Assembly (NCBI GenBank): GCA_964436545.1
Contig: CAYTCJ010000002.1
Span: 110,738-174,737, forward strand
Reading direction: 5' to 3'
Source of the DNA: an uncultured Candidatus Saccharibacteria bacterium
Lineage (GTDB): Bacteria > Patescibacteriota > Doudnabacteria > UBA920
Length of the DNA stretch: 64,000 nt
The notes below the pieces were generated by a model. The model did not search any database, was not told the DNA's origin, and was given only the letters and a program-made list of their open reading frames with translations. Position numbers and translations under genes: made by a program. Shown here piece by piece: positions 8,341 through 16,357 of the stretch (positions are counted from its first letter, which is position 1; each line of letters opens with the position of its first letter).

Positions 8341-9642
8341 ATGTTAACTTTAATTGAAACAAAAAAATTTAAAATTATTTGGATTACTTTGGTGAGTTTT
8401 TTGTTATGGTTAAGCCCAATTTTAACCTTTTCCCAAACCCCAAGCTCAGTTAACGACTTAACTGCCAGCAAAACAGACAAGCAAAAAAAATTAACCGAGA
8501 TTAACCGGCAAATTCAAAATTTAAGCAAACAAATTTCCGATACCCGTGCAAAGACCAATTCCTTAAAAAATGAACTCTTTATTTTTGACCGCGAAATTGC
8601 TTCCACCGAACTGCAAATTCAAGCGAAACAAACCCAGATTGAAGATACCAATTTACAAATTGAAGAAATAGAAAAACTAATTGAACAACGAATCAACGAC
8701 ATTAATGAAAACAAAAAAATTCTGGGCAGTTTAATTTACGAACTTAACCAATTTGATGATGTATACGGCTTACAAACTACCTTAGGGGCCGGCAACCTTT
8801 CGGATTTTTTGGACCAAATTCAGTATAATAATTCTTTACAAGAAAAAATTTACCAGTTACAGGAAAAAATCAAGGAAATTAAAGCCAAACTGGAAAAGCA
8901 ACAAAACGAACTAAAAATTCAACTGGCAAACTTGGAAGAACTTAAACACCAATTGGAAATTACCAAACAATCCATTACCGAACAAAGAAACCAAAGACAA
9001 ATTTTACTTAATCAAACCCGAGGCCTCGAAAGTAATTTTCAAAAACTACTCGCACAAAGTAAAAAAGAAGAATCGGATTTAGAAAAAGAAATTGACGAGT
9101 TAGATTCCGCCATTAGAGCTAAATTGGGCAACAGGACAATAAAAGTAAGTAAGGGTATTTTAGCTTGGCCCATGGACGGCATTCTTACCCAAAAATACGG
9201 CAATACCGGCTTTACCGCGTTAGGGTATGATTTTCATAACGGTATTGATATTGCTGCTCCGGCCGGACAACCCATTTACGCAGTCTACGATGGCGAAGTC
9301 TTGTATACCGATAATAGCGATGCCTCATATGGCAATTGGGTGGCTATAAAGCATAATTTAAGCATAAAAAACTCGGAAACTAAAATTATTACCCTGTATG
9401 CCCATATGCGCTCGTTTAAAGTTAAAGTGGGTGCCAAAGTTAAACAGGGAGACATAATTGGCTACGAAGGCAACACCGGCAATACCACAAAAAAACTTTA
9501 TGGGCCGGAAAGAGGCTATCATATTCATTTTGGCATTTACGATGCCGAAGGTTTTGGGGTGAAAGATGGTAAATACCAAAATATTTATGGACCTTATAAA
9601 ATTCCTTTTGGCTATACCTATAACCCTTTAGATTTTTTATAA
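8341..9642 (+). CDS. Secreted M23 (LytM) metallopeptidase with a long N-terminal coiled coil (EnvC-like architecture)
   Basis: Signal peptide. Heptad-rich Q/E/K region. C-terminal M23 motifs HNGIDIAAPAGQPIYA, GNWVAIKH, LYAHM. The ORF track starts at TTG 8311. ATG 8341 follows TATAAT at 8325-8330. Confidence 0.8.
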   Translation: MLTLIETKKFKIIWITLVSFLLWLSPILTFSQTPSSVNDLTASKTDKQKKLTEINRQIQNLSKQISDTRAKTNSLKNELFIFDREIASTELQIQAKQTQIEDTNLQIEEIEKLIEQRINDINENKKILGSLIYELNQFDDVYGLQTTLGAGNLSDFLDQIQYNNSLQEKIYQLQEKIKEIKAKLEKQQNELKIQLANLEELKHQLEITKQSITEQRNQRQILLNQTRGLESNFQKLLAQSKKEESDLEKEIDELDSAIRAKLGNRTIKVSKGILAWPMDGILTQKYGNTGFTALGYDFHNGIDIAAPAGQPIYAVYDGEVLYTDNSDASYGNWVAIKHNLSIKNSETKIITLYAHMRSFKVKVGAKVKQGDIIGYEGNTGNTTKKLYGPERGYHIHFGIYDAEGFGVKDGKYQNIYGPYKIPFGYTYNPLDFL

Positions 9643-9645
9643 TCT

Positions 9646-10560
9646 ATGACTCAAACCACATTTAAATTTATCTGCTTGGCGTTGTTATTTTTTTACAGTT
9701 TTACTCCGCCGGTCCTCGCCCAAACCCATGTGGGTAGCACGTATAGTGGCCCCGAAGCTCAAATTAAACAGTTTCTTTGCACCCCTTCGGATGCCAGCAC
9801 TAATGGCGGTAAAGCGAATAATGACTTATACAACTGTATTAATCGCATCTACCGCTTTGCCTTAGTCACAGCTGCTTTTTTTGCTGTCTTTATGATTGTC
9901 TTAGGTGGCTGGGTATATATGTCAGCCGAAGGCAACGAAGAATCGGTAACTAAAGCTAAAGATATTTTAGTTACCAGCATTGCTTCCATTGTAATTCTTT
10001 CCAGTGGCTATGTCCTCTTAAAATTTATCAATCCCGACTTAATTCAATTCCAACCCATTCAACCGCCCAGCGTGGTGGGGGTGGAGAGAGGGTATAGTTT
10101 TGCCAACTTAGTAAGCGGGGGACTAGGTAGCGGAGGTGGCAGTGGGGGTGGAAGTAGTGGTGGCAGGAGCGTTCAAAATTATATTTTAGCTGGTTATAAT
10201 ATTGGTCCATATGCCACCAGTCCTAATCATGAAATTGTCGTTTCTAATATTTATCGTAACTTAGGAAGTTACAATTTTTCCTCTGCCACCATAATCGATC
10301 AATACATGAAAAAAATCAGACCCAATACTCCACTTACTGGTCAAATGATTATAAATTCGGCAAGTAAATACTCCATAGATGCCAAATTATTAGTCGCTTT
10401 AATGCAAGCCGATAGCGCCTTAGGCACAGAGGGTTTAGGTAAAAATACCAATAACCCCGGCAATGTTGGAAATACTGATGACGGTAGTATTAGACGTTTT
10501 CCTGATTGGCAAAGTGGAGTTAACGCGGTGGCCGAATGGCTATCTAGACACCGAGCATAG
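9646..10560 (+). CDS. Secreted two-TM module protein with a Gly/Ser linker and a C-terminal GH73-like (glucosaminidase/lysozyme-like) domain
   Basis: Signal peptide, then a 129-aa module with two hydrophobic helices, then a GGLGSGGGSGGGSSGG linker. The C-terminus (LVALMQADSALGTEGLGKNTNNPGNVGN) resembles GH73/FlgJ-type muramidases. The assignment is by motif only. Confidence 0.55.
   Translation: MTQTTFKFICLALLFFYSFTPPVLAQTHVGSTYSGPEAQIKQFLCTPSDASTNGGKANNDLYNCINRIYRFALVTAAFFAVFMIVLGGWVYMSAEGNEESVTKAKDILVTSIASIVILSSGYVLLKFINPDLIQFQPIQPPSVVGVERGYSFANLVSGGLGSGGGSGGGSSGGRSVQNYILAGYNIGPYATSPNHEIVVSNIYRNLGSYNFSSATIIDQYMKKIRPNTPLTGQMIINSASKYSIDAKLLVALMQADSALGTEGLGKNTNNPGNVGNTDDGSIRRFPDWQSGVNAVAEWLSRHRA
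9710..10097 (+). repeat. Copy 1 of a 388-bp direct repeat, 100% identical to 11068-11455
   Basis: Nucleotide-for-nucleotide identity from GGTCCTCGCCCAAACCC through GGGTATAGTTTTG. It encodes an identical 129-aa module in two adjacent genes. Confidence 0.9.
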
Positions 10561-10599
10561 TTAAATTTTAGTTTGACTCTTCAATTATTTTAACCGCCT

Positions 10600-11010
10600 A
10601 TGAAAAAAATTATTGTGATTATAGTTATCTTACTGGTCTGCTTCCTGGTGGCCTTAGGGATTTTAGTAATTCTTAATCAAAAATCCACATCGCCCAATTC
10701 TAACAAACAAACTCAAAAAAAATCGTCTTATAAAATTTCTTTATACGTCGATAAGGACGGTTTTAAAGATGTCTTTCTAAATGACTCTAAAGTTCCATTA
10801 CCGGCAAAAGATATTGAGCAATATATTTCATTTTTTATCAATGGTCCGGGAGATTTAATTTGGGTAAATTGTAACGAAAATTACAAACTCAAAAGCTATT
10901 ATAGTAATACTGGAGAGAATATTATCTTTGATCCCAGCATTGGGTTAGGTTTAGAACTAGAAAAATATATTTATAAGCACATAAGCCTGAGTTGTGAAAA
11001 ATATGAATAA
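10600..11010 (+). CDS. Small membrane-anchored protein (136 aa) between the two hydrolase genes
   Basis: N-terminal transmembrane helix, Cys-containing C-terminus. Its stop overlaps the next gene's start. Confidence 0.45.
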   Translation: MKKIIVIIVILLVCFLVALGILVILNQKSTSPNSNKQTQKKSSYKISLYVDKDGFKDVFLNDSKVPLPAKDIEQYISFFINGPGDLIWVNCNENYKLKSYYSNTGENIIFDPSIGLGLELEKYIYKHISLSCEKYE

Positions 11011-12121
11011 AAATATTTGGATTTTAGCTCTGTCAATTTTACTCCTATTTAACTTTAACGTTTCATTGGTCCTCGCCCAAACCCATGTGGGTAGCACGTA
11101 TAGTGGCCCCGAAGCTCAAATTAAACAGTTTCTTTGCACCCCTTCGGATGCCAGCACTAATGGCGGTAAAGCGAATAATGACTTATACAACTGTATTAAT
11201 CGCATCTACCGCTTTGCCTTAGTCACAGCTGCTTTTTTTGCTGTCTTTATGATTGTCTTAGGTGGCTGGGTATATATGTCAGCCGAAGGCAACGAAGAAT
11301 CGGTAACTAAAGCTAAAGATATTTTAGTTACCAGCATTGCTTCCATTGTAATTCTTTCCAGTGGCTATGTCCTCTTAAAATTTATCAATCCCGACTTAAT
11401 TCAATTCCAACCCATTCAACCGCCCAGCGTGGTGGGGGTGGAGAGAGGGTATAGTTTTGATAAAATTGATCCAAAAATCTTTGGTGAATTTAAAAATTTA
11501 GATAAAGCAAATTCCACCCCTCAAAGTTTTGCAAAAACTGAAATTACCAATTGTAAATCAACCACAGGTAGAATTAATGGCTTTTATCAATTTTCACAGT
11601 GTAATGGAACTTGGGTAAATGATTTATATCCATCGAAAACTGAAACCTGTAAAGAATCTAATGGCAGTGCCAGCACTATTGGCACATCAGCTTGTGGCCC
11701 AAGTTCTATGGCGACCGTTTTAAAATATTACGAAACCAAGCAACAATTAAAACCAGAAGCTAGGGTAAAAAATATGGAAATTAATCCTCAAACCATTGCT
11801 GGTCTGACTGTCGAGCTTAACGAAAGAACTTGTGGACTTGGTACCAACGCTGGCATGTTCTTAAAAGTTGCTAAGTTATATGGTTTGAATGCAAGTACAA
11901 TTTCAGGGTGGACCAATATTACCAAAGAATTAAATAACGGTCATCCAGTGATTGCAGCTATGGGACCCGGCAAATTCACAAGCGGGGGGCACTTTATAGT
12001 ACTACACAAAATTGAGAATAATATTATTTATATAGCTGATTCAGGTCCAAGAGGGATAGATAAATCAGATATCGCTACTGTTCAAAAAGAATTAAAATAC
12101 GCAATATTAATTTCACCTTAG
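10994..12121 (+). CDS. Secreted two-TM module protein with a C-terminal papain-like (C39-like/CHAP-like) cysteine peptidase domain
   Basis: N-terminal module identical to the previous hydrolase. The C-terminus has a Cys nucleophile context (SACGPSSMATVLKYY) and a downstream GGHFIVLH...D, consistent with a C39-like peptidase. Confidence 0.55.
   Translation: MKNMNKNIWILALSILLLFNFNVSLVLAQTHVGSTYSGPEAQIKQFLCTPSDASTNGGKANNDLYNCINRIYRFALVTAAFFAVFMIVLGGWVYMSAEGNEESVTKAKDILVTSIASIVILSSGYVLLKFINPDLIQFQPIQPPSVVGVERGYSFDKIDPKIFGEFKNLDKANSTPQSFAKTEITNCKSTTGRINGFYQFSQCNGTWVNDLYPSKTETCKESNGSASTIGTSACGPSSMATVLKYYETKQQLKPEARVKNMEINPQTIAGLTVELNERTCGLGTNAGMFLKVAKLYGLNASTISGWTNITKELNNGHPVIAAMGPGKFTSGGHFIVLHKIENNIIYIADSGPRGIDKSDIATVQKELKYAILISP
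11068..11455 (+). repeat. Copy 2 of the 388-bp perfect direct repeat
   Basis: Identical to 9710-10097. Confidence 0.9.
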
Positions 12122-12180
12122 TCGCATAAGATACATTATGCGACGCTATGTGTCTTAAATTATCACTGCTTCCTAATAAA

Positions 12181-12211
12181 TATCCATGTGTATATAAACA
12201 CATGGATATTT
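12181..12211. repeat. Perfect 14-bp-arm palindrome AAATATCCATGTGT-ata-ACACATGGATATTT. A second palindrome, GTCGCATAA-gataca-TTATGCGAC, lies at 12122-12146
   Basis: Read directly in the convergent intergenic region. No T-run follows, so it may be an operator or a hairpin rather than an intrinsic terminator. Confidence 0.6.
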
Positions 12212-12419
12212 ATTTACCTATGAATTCTTCTCCCCTTTTTTTACTAACACCGATTTTAAAATTTGTATAAATGTTTATTTTTTCTTTCTACAAATATAAC
12301 TCCCCCCAACATAGTGTAAAAATTTAAACAAAAGTTAACGTTCGCATTAAATTAAAAGTATATTCTAAAAGTATATTCTGTTTTTACCTTATTAATTAAG
12401 CATAAAAAAACTGGCAGTA

Positions 12420-12765
12420 AAATTAAAAACTGCCAGTGGACTAAAAGAGGTTGGAAAGCAAAAAGCTCTCAGGGCCGGAGGAGACTGGCCCGTTTACAAT
12501 CCTCTTTTAGCCACTGGCAGTTACCAGGCACCAGCCTGGCAAAAAAAATCGATAGCGCAAACTTGGCTGTTTTAGCCAAACACCCACCCCTGAGTGCAAG
12601 ACTTCTATTCAAATAGCCTTTTGAGCTAATTGAAGATTCTTGGGTTTGCGCTAAGGCACTTAACTTTAGGAGCAAAGCGCTCAACTGAAAAGCTAAGCTA
12701 AACTAGACGCAAGGGAGAAGAAGCCTTGCTATTTAGGAAATCCCGCCCTTTGGGATTTTTATTTG
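12420..12765. ncRNA. GC-rich structured non-coding region of about 340 bp (candidate ncRNA, strand uncertain)
   Basis: A 20-bp imperfect long stem (12430-12450 / 12500-12520) is followed on the minus strand by a T-run. A plus-strand terminator lies at 12738-12761. There are many internal hairpins and only a spurious 71-aa antisense ORF. GC content is far above the flanks. Confidence 0.35.
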
Positions 12766-12795
12766 ATGTAATCATGTCAGATTTGGTAAAAAAAG

Positions 12796-13182
12796 TCAAC
12801 GACTGGATTTAGTAAACCCGGCTTGCTTAGCCTCGGTTTCTGTATTAAAACACCTTTCCGGTTTTGTATTTTTATAAAAAGCACCGGTAGGTAGATGGTA
12901 CGTCATTTTGCCGGTAGAGCTAATATTGCCCTTAATTTTGCAGGTTTCTAAGGTATTAGGGGTAGTACTACCCTCCCCTACCTCAGGCGGTGAATTTTGC
13001 TTAAAGGTGGAATTTTTAGTATAATTAATGAGTAATTCATGCCGTTTTTTTTCACTCAGGGTTTCGCTTTTATACTTGCCTAACCCAAACCCCGCCAAAA
13101 ACGTTAAAATAAAACATAAAGCAATTTGTAATTCCTTAGGGTGATCCTTAAACCAATTTTTTATTTCTGTATAATTTACCAT
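12796..13182 (-). CDS. Membrane-anchored protein with a small conserved Cys-containing C-terminal domain (CKIKGN...YHLPTGAFY...CFNTETEAKQAGF)
   Basis: N-terminal transmembrane helix. The C-terminal about 45 aa resemble a small 'C-x-IKGN...YH-P-G..Y...CF.tE.eA...GF' module seen in secreted bacterial proteins. Confidence 0.45.
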   Translation of the reverse strand: MVNYTEIKNWFKDHPKELQIALCFILTFLAGFGLGKYKSETLSEKKRHELLINYTKNSTFKQNSPPEVGEGSTTPNTLETCKIKGNISSTGKMTYHLPTGAFYKNTKPERCFNTETEAKQAGFTKSSR

Positions 13183-13207
13183 ACAAAAATTATACCATAA
13201 GTCTAAT

Positions 13208-14605
13208 TTGAAAGTTTGTACTTCTTATATGCAATACGCTTTTGTTTTAGGCAGAGTCTATACTCTCTCCATTGCGGAAATTTTGGCTGTACTGGAAAAA
13301 ACCGACCCGGCCTGTGGTTTGGTAGATAACCCGGTAAAAATTTTAGAAGCTTCTAAAGAAGTTTTAATTATTGAAACCCCTAAACCCCTCCTCTGCCTAC
13401 CTTTGCAAAAAAAATTAGGCGGGGTAATTAAAATTTTAAAAATTGTGGACGTAGTGGAAAAGCGAAAGCAAGAATCTTTAAATTTTGCTTTAAGAAATTA
13501 TTTTAAACCCAGTCTCCTTAAAAAAGAATTTTTTAAGGAGTATAAAGGCAAGAAACAATTTGGGATTAGTGTTTATGTGCTGGATGAGGAATTAATTACC
13601 AAAACCAACTTTAACCAAACTCCCCACTACCCGGCTCCCAAAAATTTCGCCGATCCATTAGCCAAAAACAAGCCCATTACGCAAACCGTGTGGGGCGAAC
13701 CTAACCGGATTGGCATGATGATTAAAAAAAGTTTAACCGAAAGTGGTTTAAGTGTAAGGGTTGCTTTGCCTGAAAAATTTTCTCTCTCGCTTTCCTCAGT
13801 CGTGGTGAGTAAAAATTTACTTTTGGAAAAAGGAGCGGAAATTTGTTTGGTGGCCGGCAAAGAAAAAGTCTATGTGGCAAAAACTTTAGTAGTGCAAGAT
13901 TTTGAAGATTACGGCCGAAGAGATTACCAAAGACCCATTAGAGACGAAGAACAAGGCATGATCCCCCCAAAAGTCGCTCAGATAATGTTAAATCTATCCG
14001 GGGCCAAACCTAATGAATTTGTGTTAGATCCGTTTTGTGGTATTGGCACTATGGTGCAGGAAGGTTTATTATTGGGTTTTAAAATGTTTGGCAGTGATAT
14101 TAATCCCCTAGCTATAAGAGGTAGCGAACAAAATTTGGAGTGGTTTAGAAACCGTTACCATGTACCGGCTGGAAAATACATTATTAACTGCTCAGATGCC
14201 ACAGCAGTAAGTGACTTAGTCAAACAATCCCCTATTTCCGCCATAGTTACCGAATGCACCTTAGGACCCATTTATGGCAAATTACCCAATCTTCAAGAAA
14301 TCCAAAGCAATTTCCAGACTTTAAGCCAGCTGTACCAGCAATGCTTTACAGATTTTGCCAAATTTTTAAAACCCAAAACCAAAGTGATAATGTGTTTACC
14401 GGCTTACAAAACCGGTAAAGACCAGTATATTATGACTCCGCCTCTTGACTGGGCTAAAAATTTAGGCTATAATATTTTGGAACTTATTCCCAAGAAAATT
14501 GCCAACCAAATGAAGTTTTTAAAACTCACAGATAGGAAAACGGCAATTTACGACCGCAAAGATCAAATTGTGGCTAGGGAAATAGTTATTTTTGAAAAGA
14601 ATTAA
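13208..14605 (+). CDS. SAM-dependent methyltransferase of the Trm11/RlmL (UPF0020) type, likely RNA N2-guanine or N6-adenine methylase
   Basis: Motif I VLDPFCGIGTMVQEG and a downstream DINP (NPPY-like) motif. The long N-terminal region could be a THUMP-like RNA-binding part. Confidence 0.6.
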   Translation: MKVCTSYMQYAFVLGRVYTLSIAEILAVLEKTDPACGLVDNPVKILEASKEVLIIETPKPLLCLPLQKKLGGVIKILKIVDVVEKRKQESLNFALRNYFKPSLLKKEFFKEYKGKKQFGISVYVLDEELITKTNFNQTPHYPAPKNFADPLAKNKPITQTVWGEPNRIGMMIKKSLTESGLSVRVALPEKFSLSLSSVVVSKNLLLEKGAEICLVAGKEKVYVAKTLVVQDFEDYGRRDYQRPIRDEEQGMIPPKVAQIMLNLSGAKPNEFVLDPFCGIGTMVQEGLLLGFKMFGSDINPLAIRGSEQNLEWFRNRYHVPAGKYIINCSDATAVSDLVKQSPISAIVTECTLGPIYGKLPNLQEIQSNFQTLSQLYQQCFTDFAKFLKPKTKVIMCLPAYKTGKDQYIMTPPLDWAKNLGYNILELIPKKIANQMKFLKLTDRKTAIYDRKDQIVAREIVIFEKN

Positions 14606-14695
14606 TTTATCTTATCCACTAATTCACGAATCAACACAAATTTCACTAAACCGATATTCGTGTCATTCGTGCTATTAGTGCATTAGTGGACAATT

Positions 14696-14980
14696 ATGGC
14701 ACATAAAAAAGCTGGTGGCTCAACCGCCTTAGGCCGAGATAGCGTTTCCAAACGACTCGGCGTGAAAATTTTTGGTAACCAACTGGTTAAAACCGGACAA
14801 GTTATTATTAGACAGCATGGGACAAAATTCCATCCTGGAAAAAATGTCCGCATGGGTGGCGACTCCACCTTATATGCCACTGTTAATGGCAAAGTTCATT
14901 TTCAAAAGAAAATGACTGCCAAATTCCACGGCAACCTTAGAAAAACCAGAATTGTTAACGTAGTTTCTGAAACTAAATAG
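14696..14980 (+). CDS. rpmA: Ribosomal protein L27
   Basis: [10 protein letters not shown]...[26 protein letters not shown] matches the L27 signature. It has a short C-terminal extension. Confidence 0.9.
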   Translation: MAHKKAGGSTALGRDSVSKRLGVKIFGNQLVKTGQVIIRQHGTKFHPGKNVRMGGDSTLYATVNGKVHFQKKMTAKFHGNLRKTRIVNVVSETK

Positions 14981-15002
14981 TACTTAAAAGTCAGTCTACT
15001 TT

Positions 15003-15040
15003 TAAAACACCGCTTCAATAAATATTGAAGCGGTGTTTTA
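15003..15040. terminator. Bidirectional intrinsic terminator between convergent rpmA and the 193-aa gene
   Basis: AAAACACCGCTTCAATA-aat-ATTGAAGCGGTGTTTT is a perfect stem with A/T runs on both sides. Confidence 0.7.
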
Positions 15041-15619
15041 CTTAAATGTTATATTAGGATCATTTGCCCATATGGCTTGAATTCTTTCGTCGTGGACAGT
15101 AATTTGAGTGGGGTTTTTTAAATCTAAGGCCAGATTTAATGTACCAGCTATAGTAGGTAAGCATGCACCCTCTAATTCACCCACAGCATCTGTGGCTACA
15201 TGTGAGTCAAAATCAAAGCCTCGCGCATTCACCAAACGCTTTAACTTCTCTACTAGATTGGGGTCTGCGAAAACGTTTTCTTGAAAATTATTTGACAGAA
15301 TAATTAAACGACGACCCAATCGCTCTTTCCATTTTTTTAAATTTATTAAGTATAATTTATTTTCCTCACGCAAACTTTCTTTAATTTCTCCTTTTTCTGC
15401 GTGCGTAATTGCAATTACCAATTCGTCGGGCTTAACCCTATTTAAAAATAAATCTTCTTCTTTGAATTTCATTAAAGCGGATAATTCAGCATCATCTACT
15501 GAGTTAGCCTCCCTTAACATAAACCCCGGGTGAATTAAAAAGTGAATCTTAGACACTTTGGTTAATTCGGTTTTATTTTCCGGCAATGGCTCTTCTCGAT
15601 ATTTTCTCATAAAACCCAA
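15038..15619 (-). CDS. Hypothetical protein (193 aa)
   Basis: Clean ORF. No family recognised. Confidence 0.45.
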   Translation of the reverse strand: MGFMRKYREEPLPENKTELTKVSKIHFLIHPGFMLREANSVDDAELSALMKFKEEDLFLNRVKPDELVIAITHAEKGEIKESLREENKLYLINLKKWKERLGRRLIILSNNFQENVFADPNLVEKLKRLVNARGFDFDSHVATDAVGELEGACLPTIAGTLNLALDLKNPTQITVHDERIQAIWANDPNITFK

Positions 15620-15621
15620 TT

Positions 15622-16344
15622 TTATTTTAATTCAAAACCGGTTCTTACAATGGCGGTGATTTCTTTTTCCACCGAAGATGTATCGTAGTAACCTTCGCCG
15701 GAAAGATCGGTTGAATTGGGTGCGGTAATTTGCATCACGCCCATGCTGGCAGATTTTAATTTGCCTAATTGGGCCTTGGAACTCCTTGCTATCATTTCCG
15801 CTCTAGTTTTGGCATCTTCTGTGGCTTTACCCAACATCTCCACCCTTAACTCAGACAATTTACTGTAATAGTATTCCACTCGGGAATTTGTCATGGTCAC
15901 ACCTTGGTTAATCATCTCCCCTACTAAATCGGAAAGTTGGGGCATTTTGCCTATTTCACTAGAAGTTAAAGTAATATCTCTAGAAAGCGTATAACCGGTC
16001 TGACTACTGCTCCCATCTTTATACGTATAGTCATTGGCAATATTTACCGCGGATAAATCTATACCCTGTTTTTCAAAGCCTAATTTTTTTAAATTATTTA
16101 ATACCACTTCGGTATCGTCCGTAAGGGCCAAATTTGCGGATTTTAAATTATACAAATCGGATTTACGACTAATGGTTGCAGACCACTTAGCCACATCTGA
16201 GGTAATGGTTTTTTTGGCCGAACCGGTCACTGCAATACTGTTATCTTTCTTAAAATTTACCAAACCCCTTCCCAAAATAACCATCCCCAAAAGAAAACCC
16301 ACAACTCCCAAAATTGTAATAGTAATTTGATTTTTATTAAACAT
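15622..16344 (-). CDS. SIMPL-domain protein (DUF541 / 26-kDa periplasmic immunogenic protein family)
   Basis: N-terminal transmembrane helix. About 240 aa. The C-terminal MGVMQITAPNS...EGYYD...VEKEITAIV pattern is typical of SIMPL proteins. Confidence 0.65.
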   Translation of the reverse strand: MFNKNQITITILGVVGFLLGMVILGRGLVNFKKDNSIAVTGSAKKTITSDVAKWSATISRKSDLYNLKSANLALTDDTEVVLNNLKKLGFEKQGIDLSAVNIANDYTYKDGSSSQTGYTLSRDITLTSSEIGKMPQLSDLVGEMINQGVTMTNSRVEYYYSKLSELRVEMLGKATEDAKTRAEMIARSSKAQLGKLKSASMGVMQITAPNSTDLSGEGYYDTSSVEKEITAIVRTGFELK

Positions 16345-16357
16345 AAATTTTGATAAA

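Noticed and set aside
12469-12684. 71-aa minus-strand ORF in the convergent intergenic region
   Set aside because: It lies entirely within the GC-rich hairpin region bounded by terminators and has no RBS. It is more consistent with non-coding structured sequence.
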